Source: a virus. From it: DNA of 64,000 nucleotides. A program made the position numbers and the translations under genes. Shown here one piece after another: positions 22,987-31,107 of this stretch (position 1 is its first letter; each line of letters starts with the position of its first letter). The stretch is from IMG/VR virus record IMGVR_UViG_3300024256_000001, positions 1 to 64,000 of that record. One strand, 5' to 3'. The notes beneath the pieces are model-generated. The model saw only the letters and a program-made list of their open reading frames with translations, had not been told where the DNA came from and did not search any database.

Positions 22987-25900
22987 TCAGTGCTTGAACA
23001 TGATCCGCAGCTTACCGGCGATGTAGCTGTGTTTGTAGCCGGGCAGCTTCTCGTGGTCCGTCGCCACGTCGATATCAGTGTGGGTCAGCCCCAGCATGCG
23101 CGACACCGGGCGCTGCAACACCTCATGGATGCTCAGCTCCCCCATGCGACTACCCTGATCATGCGCTGCATCGGCCAAGGCGAAGTGCGCCGCGTCCCGC
23201 CTGTTGTCCTGGGTCGCAATGCGCCCGTGCTTGGCCAATCCCACCCGCTCCAGAGCCTTGTAGCCACGGGTCTTCTGGATCGCCTTGCGGCTGGCCTCTT
23301 TCTCTTCGCTCTCCAGCGGGTCATTGCCAAGCGCGTGCAGATCAGCAGCGGCTTTCATAGCCGCCGGGCTGTGCTTTGCCGCCAGCCACTTGGGCGCAGT
23401 GTGCTGAGCGATGCCGGCCGGCGCGGAGTCGAAGAACGACTTTAGCGCAGGGCTACGCCCGATGTGCGCCGCCACATGCTCGTGACCAGCCTCCCACTCG
23501 TCGGGGCTCTTGTGGTCAAAACTGGTGTCGCCGTGCGCCACCTTGCTGAAGGCTGTGGTGGACGGGTGCTTCGCCAGCCGCTTCGCCTTCGCAGCTGCTT
23601 GCTGCTCATGGTAGCTGGCTCGCTCATCGACTGCCGCAGTCAGCGCATCGCGCCCGCGCTTGGGCTTGTCGGGCTCGTGACCCTTGGGCTTGTCGGGCTC
23701 GGTGCCGTGCGTCTTGTTGTAGTGGGCCTGCCCGCCAGCCACGCCGCGCTTGTGGCCCTTGCCGGCCCCTGCAGCGCGCTGGCTCTCCTCTGCCGCGTCG
23801 TAGCCCTTCAGGCTGGCCTCGCTCATCTCCTCTCGCGGATACCCCAGGCCGTGCTGCTGCCAGCCGTGCGCGTAGTCGCGCCGGTCGGGGTTGGAGTCGG
23901 CCGTCAGCGCGGCTCTGTCGTCGGCCAGATTCTTGGCCCCCACAGCCATCAGGTCCGCCTGGGCCGGCTCGGCCGGCTGGGCCCGCCGCTGCTGCTCTAC
24001 CTTGGCCTCCGCTTTCCAAGACGGTTTGCCGTGCATGGTGCCACGCTCGCCGAAGTCCGCGCCGTGGCGGGCGATGAGCCCCAGCTGGTCGTCCGTCAGG
24101 TCGCGGAACATCGCCGACTTGGCCTCGGCGTCCGGCATGCCCAGGTTTTTGCGCGAAACCTTCATCTCGCCGCCACTGCTGAGCTTGACCCGCACGCTCA
24201 AGCGGCTGGCGCGGGTCACCGTCCCCTCCCCATACATGGTGTTGACCTTGGCCCCCACTTTGGCGTCCCGCGCCCCAAACTGCTTGTTGCTGCGGTGGCT
24301 GTTCCGCGCCGCTCGCCCTGCGTCGTGGATGGCCTGCACCCTGCCTCTGCTCTGGTGCTCTTTCACCACCTTGACGGCATCAGGGTGTAGGTCGGTCTTG
24401 CCCTGCTTGTGCGCCTCCAGCGCCGCCTTGTCGTATGCGTCCCGGGCCGCGCCATGCTTCTCAGACCTGCGGTGCCTGTCGGCGTCGTACTCGCGCAGGG
24501 CGCGCTTGCTCATGCGCGACCGCTGCAGGCCGCTGATCTCGCCAATGCCCGGCTGGGGTGCGTCCTCATTGGCAAGATGCTCATAGCGCCCCATCTGGTG
24601 CGTGGCCACGCTGGCCTGGGCCGCCTCGCGCAGCTTGCTGGGCGCGGTGTTGCGGGTGGCCTCCGCTGCCGCCGCGTTCGGGTCCTTGGTGCTGGCCGCC
24701 TTCAAAGCAGCCTCCACCTGGGGGGCCAGCTCATCGCGGCTCATATGGACGTTGTGGGTGTCGATGTAGTGCCCCACCATCTGCTTGAAGTAGGTCGGAT
24801 CGTCGTTGGCCATCTCCAAATGGTCGGCCGCGTATTCGCTCAGGTCGGCCACAGCGGCCTGAACCACAGCCGCCTTGCGCTGGTCTGTCGGGATCTCGCG
24901 CAGCCCCAGGCGCTTGGCCTCCGCTGTATCCAGAGGCCCGTTGTAGGTGACCGTGCCATGCTTGAAGTCGGGGTGGTCGCCCACCGACGAATAGCCGCTG
25001 GGCACCGACGCGAAGCTAACCGGCCGATCATGCGCGCCATAGACCACGCTCGTGATCGTGTGCGGCTCAGAGTCCCGCGCAGCGTCGGCCGCCTTCACCT
25101 TGTCCAGCTTGCTCGCTTCCCCAGCCGCCGCCCGCTTGCGGTCCCGGTCCACGCGGTCAGCCGTCTCGGTGGCCGCGCTGGCCTTGTCCGACGCCTCTGC
25201 GAAGGGCTTGTGTGACCCGATGCCCACGCGCCCACCGGCACGGTGGAGCTGGGCCGCGTCGTCATGCGCGCCCCGCGCGAGCTGGTGCGCCCGCATGTGG
25301 TGCGGGTCCTTCGCCGCCTTGGCCGCCGCCTCGTGCTTCTCGGCCTGGGCCGCGTGGTAGTCCAGGGCCTTGTGGTGCTCGCTGCGCTCTTGACGGTCGG
25401 CGTTCTCGCTCTTGTTGTCGGCTCGACCGCTGACCCCCCGGCCGTGCTGGATCGTGTCCACGGGGCCGCTGGGGTCCATCGCACCGCCACGATGGAACAC
25501 GGCCGCCGCCTCGTGATCGTCCCGCGCCATCGCGTGAAGCTGTCGGACCTCCACGCTCCGGTGCCGGTCGTCGGCCATGCTGGCGTGCTCCCGGCTCGCC
25601 TCGTGGTGCCGCTCCGCGTGCTTCATGTGCTCCGCGTGCAGGCTGTCCTGCTTGTGCGAGCCGCCGTGCTCACCGGCCCGCGCCACACCCTTGCCGGGGT
25701 ACCAGTACTGACCGTGGCCGTCGGTGAAGCCGCCCTTTTTGCTGCGGGGCGCGGGGTGGAAGCCTGCGGGCGGCTTGTCGGCCGCCTTGGCCTTGGCCCC
25801 GCCCAGGCGCTCCTGGGCCGCCGCCAGCCGCGCTTTGCTGCTAGCGTGCGCAGCCTGGACGCCAGCGTTTGCCGCCGCCTGCGTGGGCTTGGGCTTGGGG

Positions 25901-26049
25901 GCAGGCACCGCGCCGGGCGTGCCCTTGGCCGGGCTCAGGGGCAGCTCGGGCTGCCCGAACATGCTCATTTGCCCTGCCGCCTCGGCCGCTTTGCGCCGCT
26001 GGGTGGCGTTGCCGCGCGCCTTGCGCAAGATCGTGCTAAACGTGGTCAT
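22987..26049 (-). CDS. large multidomain protein, no recognisable catalytic core
   Basis: 1020 aa. The N-terminus has QMSMFGQPE, a PKPKP linker and KPPAGFHPAPRSKKGGFTDGHGQYWYP. Also has His-rich helical segments and a small beta segment (VNTMYGEGTVTRASRLSVRVKL). Confidence 0.6.
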   Translation of the reverse strand: MTTFSTILRKARGNATQRRKAAEAAGQMSMFGQPELPLSPAKGTPGAVPAPKPKPTQAAANAGVQAAHASSKARLAAAQERLGGAKAKAADKPPAGFHPAPRSKKGGFTDGHGQYWYPGKGVARAGEHGGSHKQDSLHAEHMKHAERHHEASREHASMADDRHRSVEVRQLHAMARDDHEAAAVFHRGGAMDPSGPVDTIQHGRGVSGRADNKSENADRQERSEHHKALDYHAAQAEKHEAAAKAAKDPHHMRAHQLARGAHDDAAQLHRAGGRVGIGSHKPFAEASDKASAATETADRVDRDRKRAAAGEASKLDKVKAADAARDSEPHTITSVVYGAHDRPVSFASVPSGYSSVGDHPDFKHGTVTYNGPLDTAEAKRLGLREIPTDQRKAAVVQAAVADLSEYAADHLEMANDDPTYFKQMVGHYIDTHNVHMSRDELAPQVEAALKAASTKDPNAAAAEATRNTAPSKLREAAQASVATHQMGRYEHLANEDAPQPGIGEISGLQRSRMSKRALREYDADRHRRSEKHGAARDAYDKAALEAHKQGKTDLHPDAVKVVKEHQSRGRVQAIHDAGRAARNSHRSNKQFGARDAKVGAKVNTMYGEGTVTRASRLSVRVKLSSGGEMKVSRKNLGMPDAEAKSAMFRDLTDDQLGLIARHGADFGERGTMHGKPSWKAEAKVEQQRRAQPAEPAQADLMAVGAKNLADDRAALTADSNPDRRDYAHGWQQHGLGYPREEMSEASLKGYDAAEESQRAAGAGKGHKRGVAGGQAHYNKTHGTEPDKPKGHEPDKPKRGRDALTAAVDERASYHEQQAAAKAKRLAKHPSTTAFSKVAHGDTSFDHKSPDEWEAGHEHVAAHIGRSPALKSFFDSAPAGIAQHTAPKWLAAKHSPAAMKAAADLHALGNDPLESEEKEASRKAIQKTRGYKALERVGLAKHGRIATQDNRRDAAHFALADAAHDQGSRMGELSIHEVLQRPVSRMLGLTHTDIDVATDHEKLPGYKHSYIAGKLRIMFKH

Positions 26050-26084
26050 GGTCGCGTGCTCCGGTGTGACACGCGCTCAGGGTA

Positions 26085-26264
26085 CTACCGCGCCCGCTCT
26101 GCCGTCCACAGCTTGAGCACCGCCGCAGCCGCGCCCAGGGCCGTCAGGTGGGTGCCCACCAGCTCCCCGTTGCGCTCAATGTCTACCCAGGCGTGCCCGC
26201 TCTCGTTGTGGGGCACCAGTTGGTAGGGGGCCGCCAGCCTGTTGATCGCGTCGAACGCCGCCAA
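26085..26264 (-). CDS. hypothetical small protein
   Basis: 59 aa from a TTG start (LAAFDAINRLAAPYQLVPHNESGHAWVDIERNGELVGTHL...). Below the ORF-track cutoff. Third-position bias is coding-like. Confidence 0.3.
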   Translation of the reverse strand: MAAFDAINRLAAPYQLVPHNESGHAWVDIERNGELVGTHLTALGAAAAVLKLWTAERAR

Positions 26265-26296
26265 TTCCTCCCGCTCACGCTCGGGGGATCACGCGC

Positions 26297-26509
26297 TCAG
26301 GGTACTACCAGCGCAAGCGCGCCGTCCACCGCAAGCGCAGCCTCCAGCGTCTCGCCACAGTCCAGGCAATCGCCGCAGCTCCCCGGCTCAATATCTGGCG
26401 TCTCGTCGCCGGGGTCGGCCCCGTCCGTCTCGCCGTCTGGGGCCATATCCACGTCACCCCCGCAGCTGGGGCAGCCGTTGAGCCACCATCGGCCCCACAG
26501 GTCAGGCAC
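26297..26509 (-). CDS. small zinc-ribbon-like protein
   Basis: 70 aa with CPSC...CGDCLDC. GTGCCTGA 8-nt overlap with the upstream gene. Confidence 0.45.
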   Translation of the reverse strand: MPDLWGRWWLNGCPSCGGDVDMAPDGETDGADPGDETPDIEPGSCGDCLDCGETLEAALAVDGALALVVP

Positions 26510-26717
26510 GGGGCCTGCTCCGCGTGCCCCGGCGCTTGCTGGGGATGCCGCGCCGCGTGCGCGCCCGCGCCACCGCCTGCAAGCTGCAACCGTACTTGGC
26601 CGCCGTCTCCCGGTCGGTCAACGTCAGCAGGTCCTCAATCCGATCCTCCCAATGCGTTGCCCAGCGATGCGGGCCAGATCGCCCGTACTGCAACGCGGCC
26701 TGTTGCGCCTCAGTCAC
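26502..26717 (-). CDS. small HTH DNA-binding protein
   Basis: LTDRETAAKYGCSLQAVARARTRRGIP reads as a helix-turn-helix. Start taken at GTG 26717 (GTGACTGA overlap); the track start is 26735. Confidence 0.5.
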   Translation of the reverse strand: MTEAQQAALQYGRSGPHRWATHWEDRIEDLLTLTDRETAAKYGCSLQAVARARTRRGIPSKRRGTRSRPRA

Positions 26718-26922
26718 GCAGCACCCCCAACTCACGGGCGCGCGCCGTGGCGCGGCCTAGCCTGTAGCGGCCCAGCTCCGTTGTTGCGTCGACGGGCAGC
26801 AGCAAGGTGCGCGTCAGCGGCGCGGCCCGGTCCCACCATTCATGGACGTGTGACAGCCCAGGCGGCTCGCCGCAGGTCCACCCCGCCGCCGTCAGCGCCT
26901 CGCGGAGCTGGCCCAGCTTCAC
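26710..26922 (-). CDS. hypothetical protein
   Basis: About 70 aa from GTG 26922, which overlaps (GTGA) the stop of the small hydrophobic peptide. The track start is 26961. Confidence 0.4.
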   Translation of the reverse strand: MKLGQLREALTAAGWTCGEPPGLSHVHEWWDRAAPLTRTLLLPVDATTELGRYRLGRATARARELGVLRD

Positions 26923-27041
26923 CGCCACCACTCCCAGGCACGTCGGGCAGGCTCGCCACAAGCGCGCTCTAGGCCAGCTGCCAGCGCGTCCAGCGCGCCC
27001 AGGGTCAGCAATAGGCCCAGCACCACCGCGTTGCCGATCAC
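26919..27041 (-). CDS. small hydrophobic peptide, copy A
   Basis: 40 aa, VIGNAVVLGLLLTLGALDALAAGLERACGEPARRAWEWWR. GTGA overlaps at both ends. Lies inside the 89-nt direct repeat. Confidence 0.4.
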   Translation of the reverse strand: MIGNAVVLGLLLTLGALDALAAGLERACGEPARRAWEWWR

Positions 27042-27042
27042 G
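26954..27042. repeat. 89-nt direct repeat, copy A
   Basis: Matches 27419-27507 with 3 mismatches at an offset of 465 nt. Confidence 0.9.
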
Positions 27043-27424
27043 ACGGCACCGGCGCGGCTTCGAGGCCTGCGATCAAGGCGTCTAGCTCGCTCTTGAACTC
27101 GCCGCTCGCGGTGCCCCGACTCCAGAACCAGTACCCCGACAGTGATCGCATCGGAGTGAGCGTCTGATTGGAGAACGCCTCCCGCACCAGCACGAGCACA
27201 CCGAGCACGGTGAGCGGGTCGGTGAAGTCTGGTTGGTTCCAGAAACCGCGCTCAACGGCATCGACGCCCCACCACTTGACCTCGCCGTCACGCGCCCACT
27301 CGACGCGGCGACCCCGCGTGTCGGCCATCCCCGACAGTAGCCTCCAACTGGGGCACGCGAGCGCGCGGCGGGCGAGGTCTTGCAGACCGTCAGGCATCGC
27401 ATCCACCAGAGCGGCACGCGCCAC
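27038..27424 (-). CDS. hypothetical protein
   Basis: 128 aa from GTG 27424, or 119 aa from ATG 27397 (ATGCCTGA overlap). No recognisable motif. Confidence 0.5.
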   Translation of the reverse strand: MARAALVDAMPDGLQDLARRALACPSWRLLSGMADTRGRRVEWARDGEVKWWGVDAVERGFWNQPDFTDPLTVLGVLVLVREAFSNQTLTPMRSLSGYWFWSRGTASGEFKSELDALIAGLEAAPVPS

Positions 27425-27506
27425 AAGCGCGCTCTAGGCCAGCTGCCAGCGCGTCCAGCGCGCCTAGGGTCAGCAATAGGCCCAGCACCACCGCGTCACC
27501 GATCAC
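27390..27506 (-). CDS. small hydrophobic peptide, copy B
   Basis: 38 aa, VIGDAVVLGLLLTLGALDALAAGLERACGACRSGGCDA. GTGA overlap with the upstream stop. Lies inside the second copy of the 89-nt repeat. Confidence 0.4.
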   Translation of the reverse strand: MIGDAVVLGLLLTLGALDALAAGLERACGACRSGGCDA

Positions 27507-27507
27507 G
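27419..27507. repeat. 89-nt direct repeat, copy B
   Basis: Matches 26954-27042 with 3 mismatches. Confidence 0.9.
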
Positions 27508-27826
27508 GCTCCAGCTCCACCACAAGCGCCCGCGCAGCTAGCCCCGCCGCCGTCAGCACCCCACCCGGTCGCCCAGGCCCCAGCATCACCCGGCGCGCCC
27601 AGCGCCGCTTGACCAGCCCCACCAGCGTCGTGCGGTACAGGCGCGGCTCCTGCGTCCTCGGGCCGTCGCGCAGCGCCCAAGGCTCAGCACCGCCCCCAGG
27701 CCAGTCGCGCAGCGCGTTGGCTGCGCCGTAGGTCATGCCGTCGGGTAGGTCGGGGCACCGCTCGCAGTAGTCCCGTGCCCCCGTCCCCATCTTCGCTGGC
27801 GCTCGGCACAGCTCCCCACAACGCAT
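27503..27826 (-). CDS. hypothetical protein
   Basis: 107 aa, ATG start preceded by GGAGGTGGG. Confidence 0.5.
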   Translation of the reverse strand: MRCGELCRAPAKMGTGARDYCERCPDLPDGMTYGAANALRDWPGGGAEPWALRDGPRTQEPRLYRTTLVGLVKRRWARRVMLGPGRPGGVLTAAGLAARALVVELEP

Positions 27827-27922
27827 AACCCACCTCCACGTCCAGCGCCGACCGTGCCGCGCGGGCCACCTGGGGTCAAGCGCGCAGCTGTCCTGTTAGC
27901 TGCCCGCTTAGTGTCCGCTTAG

Positions 27923-27952
27923 CGCGAACCCCGCTAGGTACGCTGGTTCGCG
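27923..27952 (-). terminator. hairpin downstream of the RNA ligase gene
   Basis: CGCGAACC ... GGTTCGCG (8 bp stem, 14-nt loop), 18 nt after the ligase stop on the minus strand. Confidence 0.3.
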
Positions 27953-27964
27953 GCTATCTTCGCC

Positions 27965-28006
27965 CTTGATCACTTTTCCTGTTGCATAGGGCTCGGGCTG
28001 CCGGTG
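27965..28006 (+). promoter_or_regulatory. relic copy of the promoter cassette (upstream box and -35 only)
   Basis: CTTGATCACTTTTCCTGTTGCATAGGGC is identical to P4, but the -10 position reads GTGTCGG. It overlaps the last codons of the minus-strand RNA ligase gene. Confidence 0.4.
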
Positions 28007-28956
28007 TCGGTGGGGAGCACGAGGCTGGCCTGTTTCACGGCGTCTTTCCAGTAGGTCAGGGCGCGTCCGTTGACCCCCTTCACCAGTAGCTTCCAGGTGA
28101 GTCCAGACGCCTCGATGTTGTCCGTGCACTCCCGCTCAACGTCCCCCGCGAACCAGCGGAGGAAGTGGGAGGTGGAGGTCATATCGAGGGGGTAGCCCAT
28201 CTCCTCGACGTACTCCACCCCCTGGGCCAGCCGGTGGGGGGTGACCGCGAAGTTGAGGAAGGTCAGGACGTTCTCCAGGACCTCGGGGGTCGAGCGCTCG
28301 CCCTTCTCCTTGGGCTTCGTGGCGCGGTGTTTCTCCCCCTTGCTCTTGAAGTAGAGTTCGGGGGGGTTACCGCCCAGAGGGACCCAGACGACCCCCTCCC
28401 CGATGCCCGTGAGGTCCCACTGGGCAGCCCAGGGGCACTGGAACTCCACCCTCTCGGTCAGGAGCGTGGCCTCCTCCGCAGCCTTCTTCACGCTGGCGGG
28501 GTCCTGGAAGTCGATCTCCAGGTAGCCTGCGGGCTGGGCGAGGTAGACCGGGGCCGACCACTGGGGGTCTACCCCGCACATCGGGATGTACCCCGCCTCC
28601 TCCTTCCATGCCGTGAACACCACGAATTGGCGGGAGGGGAGCTTGTGGATCGCGCACCCCTTCTGGATACCAGGGCCACACCACTCCCCGAAGTAGGTGA
28701 TGTCCTGCCCCCGCGCAACGTCCCGGAAGAAGTCCGCGTTCTTGTCCACGAAGGACGCAAAGCCAAGGTTGTCGTCCCCCACGACGAGGGGGCGGTTCCG
28801 GGACTGGGCGGTGACGACCCCCTCGGGGGTGACGTGGACTCCTCCGTTGGTCCCGTGGAGCTTCACTGTCCCCCGGAAGGACACCTTCCCGATGCCCCTG
28901 GGGGCTGCCCACTTGAACACCTGGGAGAGGCTCCCGATGTGCGTGTATTTCTTCAC
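27970..28956 (-). CDS. RNA ligase (Rnl2 / PF09414-type nucleotidyltransferase)
   Basis: 328 aa. Motif I VKLHGTNGG, motif III YFGEWCG, motif IV GEGVVWVP, motif V YFKSKGEKH. GTG start 7 nt after AAGGAG. G+C looks lower and codon usage looks different from the neighbouring genes. Confidence 0.7.
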   Translation of the reverse strand: MKKYTHIGSLSQVFKWAAPRGIGKVSFRGTVKLHGTNGGVHVTPEGVVTAQSRNRPLVVGDDNLGFASFVDKNADFFRDVARGQDITYFGEWCGPGIQKGCAIHKLPSRQFVVFTAWKEEAGYIPMCGVDPQWSAPVYLAQPAGYLEIDFQDPASVKKAAEEATLLTERVEFQCPWAAQWDLTGIGEGVVWVPLGGNPPELYFKSKGEKHRATKPKEKGERSTPEVLENVLTFLNFAVTPHRLAQGVEYVEEMGYPLDMTSTSHFLRWFAGDVERECTDNIEASGLTWKLLVKGVNGRALTYWKDAVKQASLVLPTDTGSPSPMQQEK

Positions 28957-29044
28957 CCGTATTTCTCCTTCAGTCTCGTCAGTTGCTCCCGCTCAATCCG
29001 TTCAGCCGCTCAGCGCCGCCGTCCAGCTAGCCCTCATCTAGTCG

Positions 29045-29263
29045 CTAGTCGATTAGGCCCAGCGCCTCGCAGGCCACACCGCCCGCGCCATTCGCCGACC
29101 CCACCAGCTTGCGGGTGGCGCGCTCCAGCGACCCCACACACCTCACCAGCTCCGCGTGGTCTTCGACCCGGGCCGCGACCCTCGCGCGCCGCAGAGCGAC
29201 CCGCACAGCCTGCCACGGCTCGTCCATGCCGCTGGTGTCCACCACGCCGTCCAGGGTCGTCAC
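29045..29263 (-). CDS. hypothetical protein
   Basis: 72 aa from GTG 29263 (GTGA overlap with the upstream stop); the track start is 29272. Confidence 0.4.
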   Translation of the reverse strand: MTTLDGVVDTSGMDEPWQAVRVALRRARVAARVEDHAELVRCVGSLERATRKLVGSANGAGGVACEALGLID

Positions 29264-29514
29264 GCCGACCACACCGGGAACGCTGGCCGCACCCCCTCCA
29301 CCACCGACGGCTGCCCGTCAGCGTCCACCACCACGCACACCTGGGGGGCGAAGGTCTGCGACGGCTTGCCCAGGTCCACAGCCCCGCACGCCTTCAGCAG
29401 CTCCCACAGGCTATGCGCCGTCCCCGCGTCCGTCGCCACCTGTAGCAGCTTGCCGCCTGGGGTCGTCCAGGCTAACCCCGTTGTGAGCGGCTGTAGCTCG
29501 ATGCCCTCGCTCAT
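29260..29514 (-). CDS. hypothetical protein
   Basis: 84 aa from ATG 29514 (ATGA overlap with the stop of the small membrane peptide). Confidence 0.45.
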   Translation of the reverse strand: MSEGIELQPLTTGLAWTTPGGKLLQVATDAGTAHSLWELLKACGAVDLGKPSQTFAPQVCVVVDADGQPSVVEGVRPAFPVWSA

Positions 29515-29642
29515 CGCGCCACCATCCACACGGTCAGCCCGGCGCAGCCCAGGGCCAGCAGGGCCAACACCACGTTCCACGCCAGCTGCGCCAGCGCCAA
29601 GCCCAGGGCCAGCACCACCACGCCAGCCGCTTTAATCCTCAT
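29511..29642 (-). CDS. small two-helix membrane peptide
   Basis: 43 aa, MRIKAAGVVVLALGLALAQLAWNVVLALLALGCAGLTVWMVAR. The start overlaps the methyltransferase 3' end. Paralogous to the peptide at 38790-38918. Confidence 0.4.
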   Translation of the reverse strand: MRIKAAGVVVLALGLALAQLAWNVVLALLALGCAGLTVWMVAR

Positions 29643-31107
29643 CGTCAGCCTCCAGCTCCACGTGCTTGATACGCCCTACTGCGATTCTCACACTCTCAGG
29701 ATCACGCTCAATGCCCATGAAAAACACACCTTCGCGAACAGCCGCAACACCCGTTGTCCCGCTGCCTGTGAACGGGTCCAACACCACGCCGCCCCGTGGG
29801 GTCACTAACCGCACCAGCCACCGCATCAGGTCAACGGGTTTGACCGTGGGGTGTGTGTTGGCGCGCTTCTGCCCATCTGGCGCAACCAGCCCCGCCTCGC
29901 GTTCGGCGCGGCGCGGCTTCGGGACGTATCTGAACCTGAAAGACGGAAAGAACCGCGCCGCCGTGCCGGTGTCGCCCAGGCCACCTGTCGCACCTGCCGT
30001 CGCAGCCCTTTTACCTCCACCGCTCTGCTCGCCCAGCGTGCCGACTGCGCAGCCCTCGACACAGCCCGCGCCGTTGTTGTCGCCGTCGCAGCCGGGGGGG
30101 TGGGCGAGCAGGACGTTCGGGGGCCAGCGCCCCCGTGTGAGCTGCCCAGAGCCCGGCGTATTGCAACGCTCCATCTGGGCGGCGTCGTCCCTGGTCGTAG
30201 CTACCCTACACCCGTCCACGTTCAGGCCGCCGACCCCATGCTCCAGCACGTTCGCAGCGACGGTGCCGCTCAGCGGCTTGCGGCAGAGCAGGATGGGCTC
30301 GGCGGCAGGCTTGAGCGCGGTGCCCCAGCCGTCCCACTGGCGCGCGGCGTCGGTTGCGGGCGCGGTGATATCGCCGCCGATCGCACCGAGGCGGCTCCCC
30401 GCAAAACCGCCCATATCCCTAACGTGCGAGCCGACTTTGGCGCGGTCGGCCGCCGCAAGGAGTGGTTGCCACGCTTCGGACAGTGCAGGCAACGCGCGAG
30501 CCAGTGCTGGCCAGTGCCGGGCCGCCGGGAACTGATGGTGTTCCCAATTCCAGCACGCGCCAGAGCGCGTACCCACTACCTGCTCGCTCACGTCGGCTCT
30601 AGACATTCCAGCCGATGCGCGGGCCGCCGCAAGCTCTGCGGCGAACCTGTCATGCGCCACGACACCCGGTCGCGCGTCAATCGCCTTCGACACGTCCAGC
30701 GACTTCGGGAACCCGGTTCCGTAAAGCCACTGGAGCGAGTCGCGTACCTCGAAGCCTGCCAGCCGCAGCGCCATGCCCATCAGGTCAACGGTGCGCGACC
30801 CGGCGAACGCGAGTAGGTGGCCACCGGGCTTGAGCACGCGCAGGCACTCACGCCACACGCGCGGACCCGGCACCCACGAATCCCACGCGCGGCCCATGAA
30901 TCCACCACCGGCCGCCTCGTGCTCGTCGCCGTCGAGCCACGCCCGCAGGCACGCCGCGACCTTCGCCGGGCTCGTGTCGCCCAGCCCATACGGCGGGTCG
31001 GTGACGATGGCGTCAACGCTCGCGTCGGGCAGCAGTTGCAGGTAGTCCTTGCAATCAGCATGCACCACAGCCGCCCGGTCCCCGATGGTGATCACTTCAC
31101 TCATCAT
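29632..31107 (-). CDS. DNA methyltransferase (N6-adenine or N4-cytosine, beta class)
   Basis: 491 aa. Catalytic motif AIVTDPPYGLGD near the N-terminus and AdoMet motif VLDPFTGSGTTGVAA near the C-terminus, separated by a large insert. Confidence 0.85.
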   Translation of the reverse strand: MMSEVITIGDRAAVVHADCKDYLQLLPDASVDAIVTDPPYGLGDTSPAKVAACLRAWLDGDEHEAAGGGFMGRAWDSWVPGPRVWRECLRVLKPGGHLLAFAGSRTVDLMGMALRLAGFEVRDSLQWLYGTGFPKSLDVSKAIDARPGVVAHDRFAAELAAARASAGMSRADVSEQVVGTRSGACWNWEHHQFPAARHWPALARALPALSEAWQPLLAAADRAKVGSHVRDMGGFAGSRLGAIGGDITAPATDAARQWDGWGTALKPAAEPILLCRKPLSGTVAANVLEHGVGGLNVDGCRVATTRDDAAQMERCNTPGSGQLTRGRWPPNVLLAHPPGCDGDNNGAGCVEGCAVGTLGEQSGGGKRAATAGATGGLGDTGTAARFFPSFRFRYVPKPRRAEREAGLVAPDGQKRANTHPTVKPVDLMRWLVRLVTPRGGVVLDPFTGSGTTGVAAVREGVFFMGIERDPESVRIAVGRIKHVELEADDED

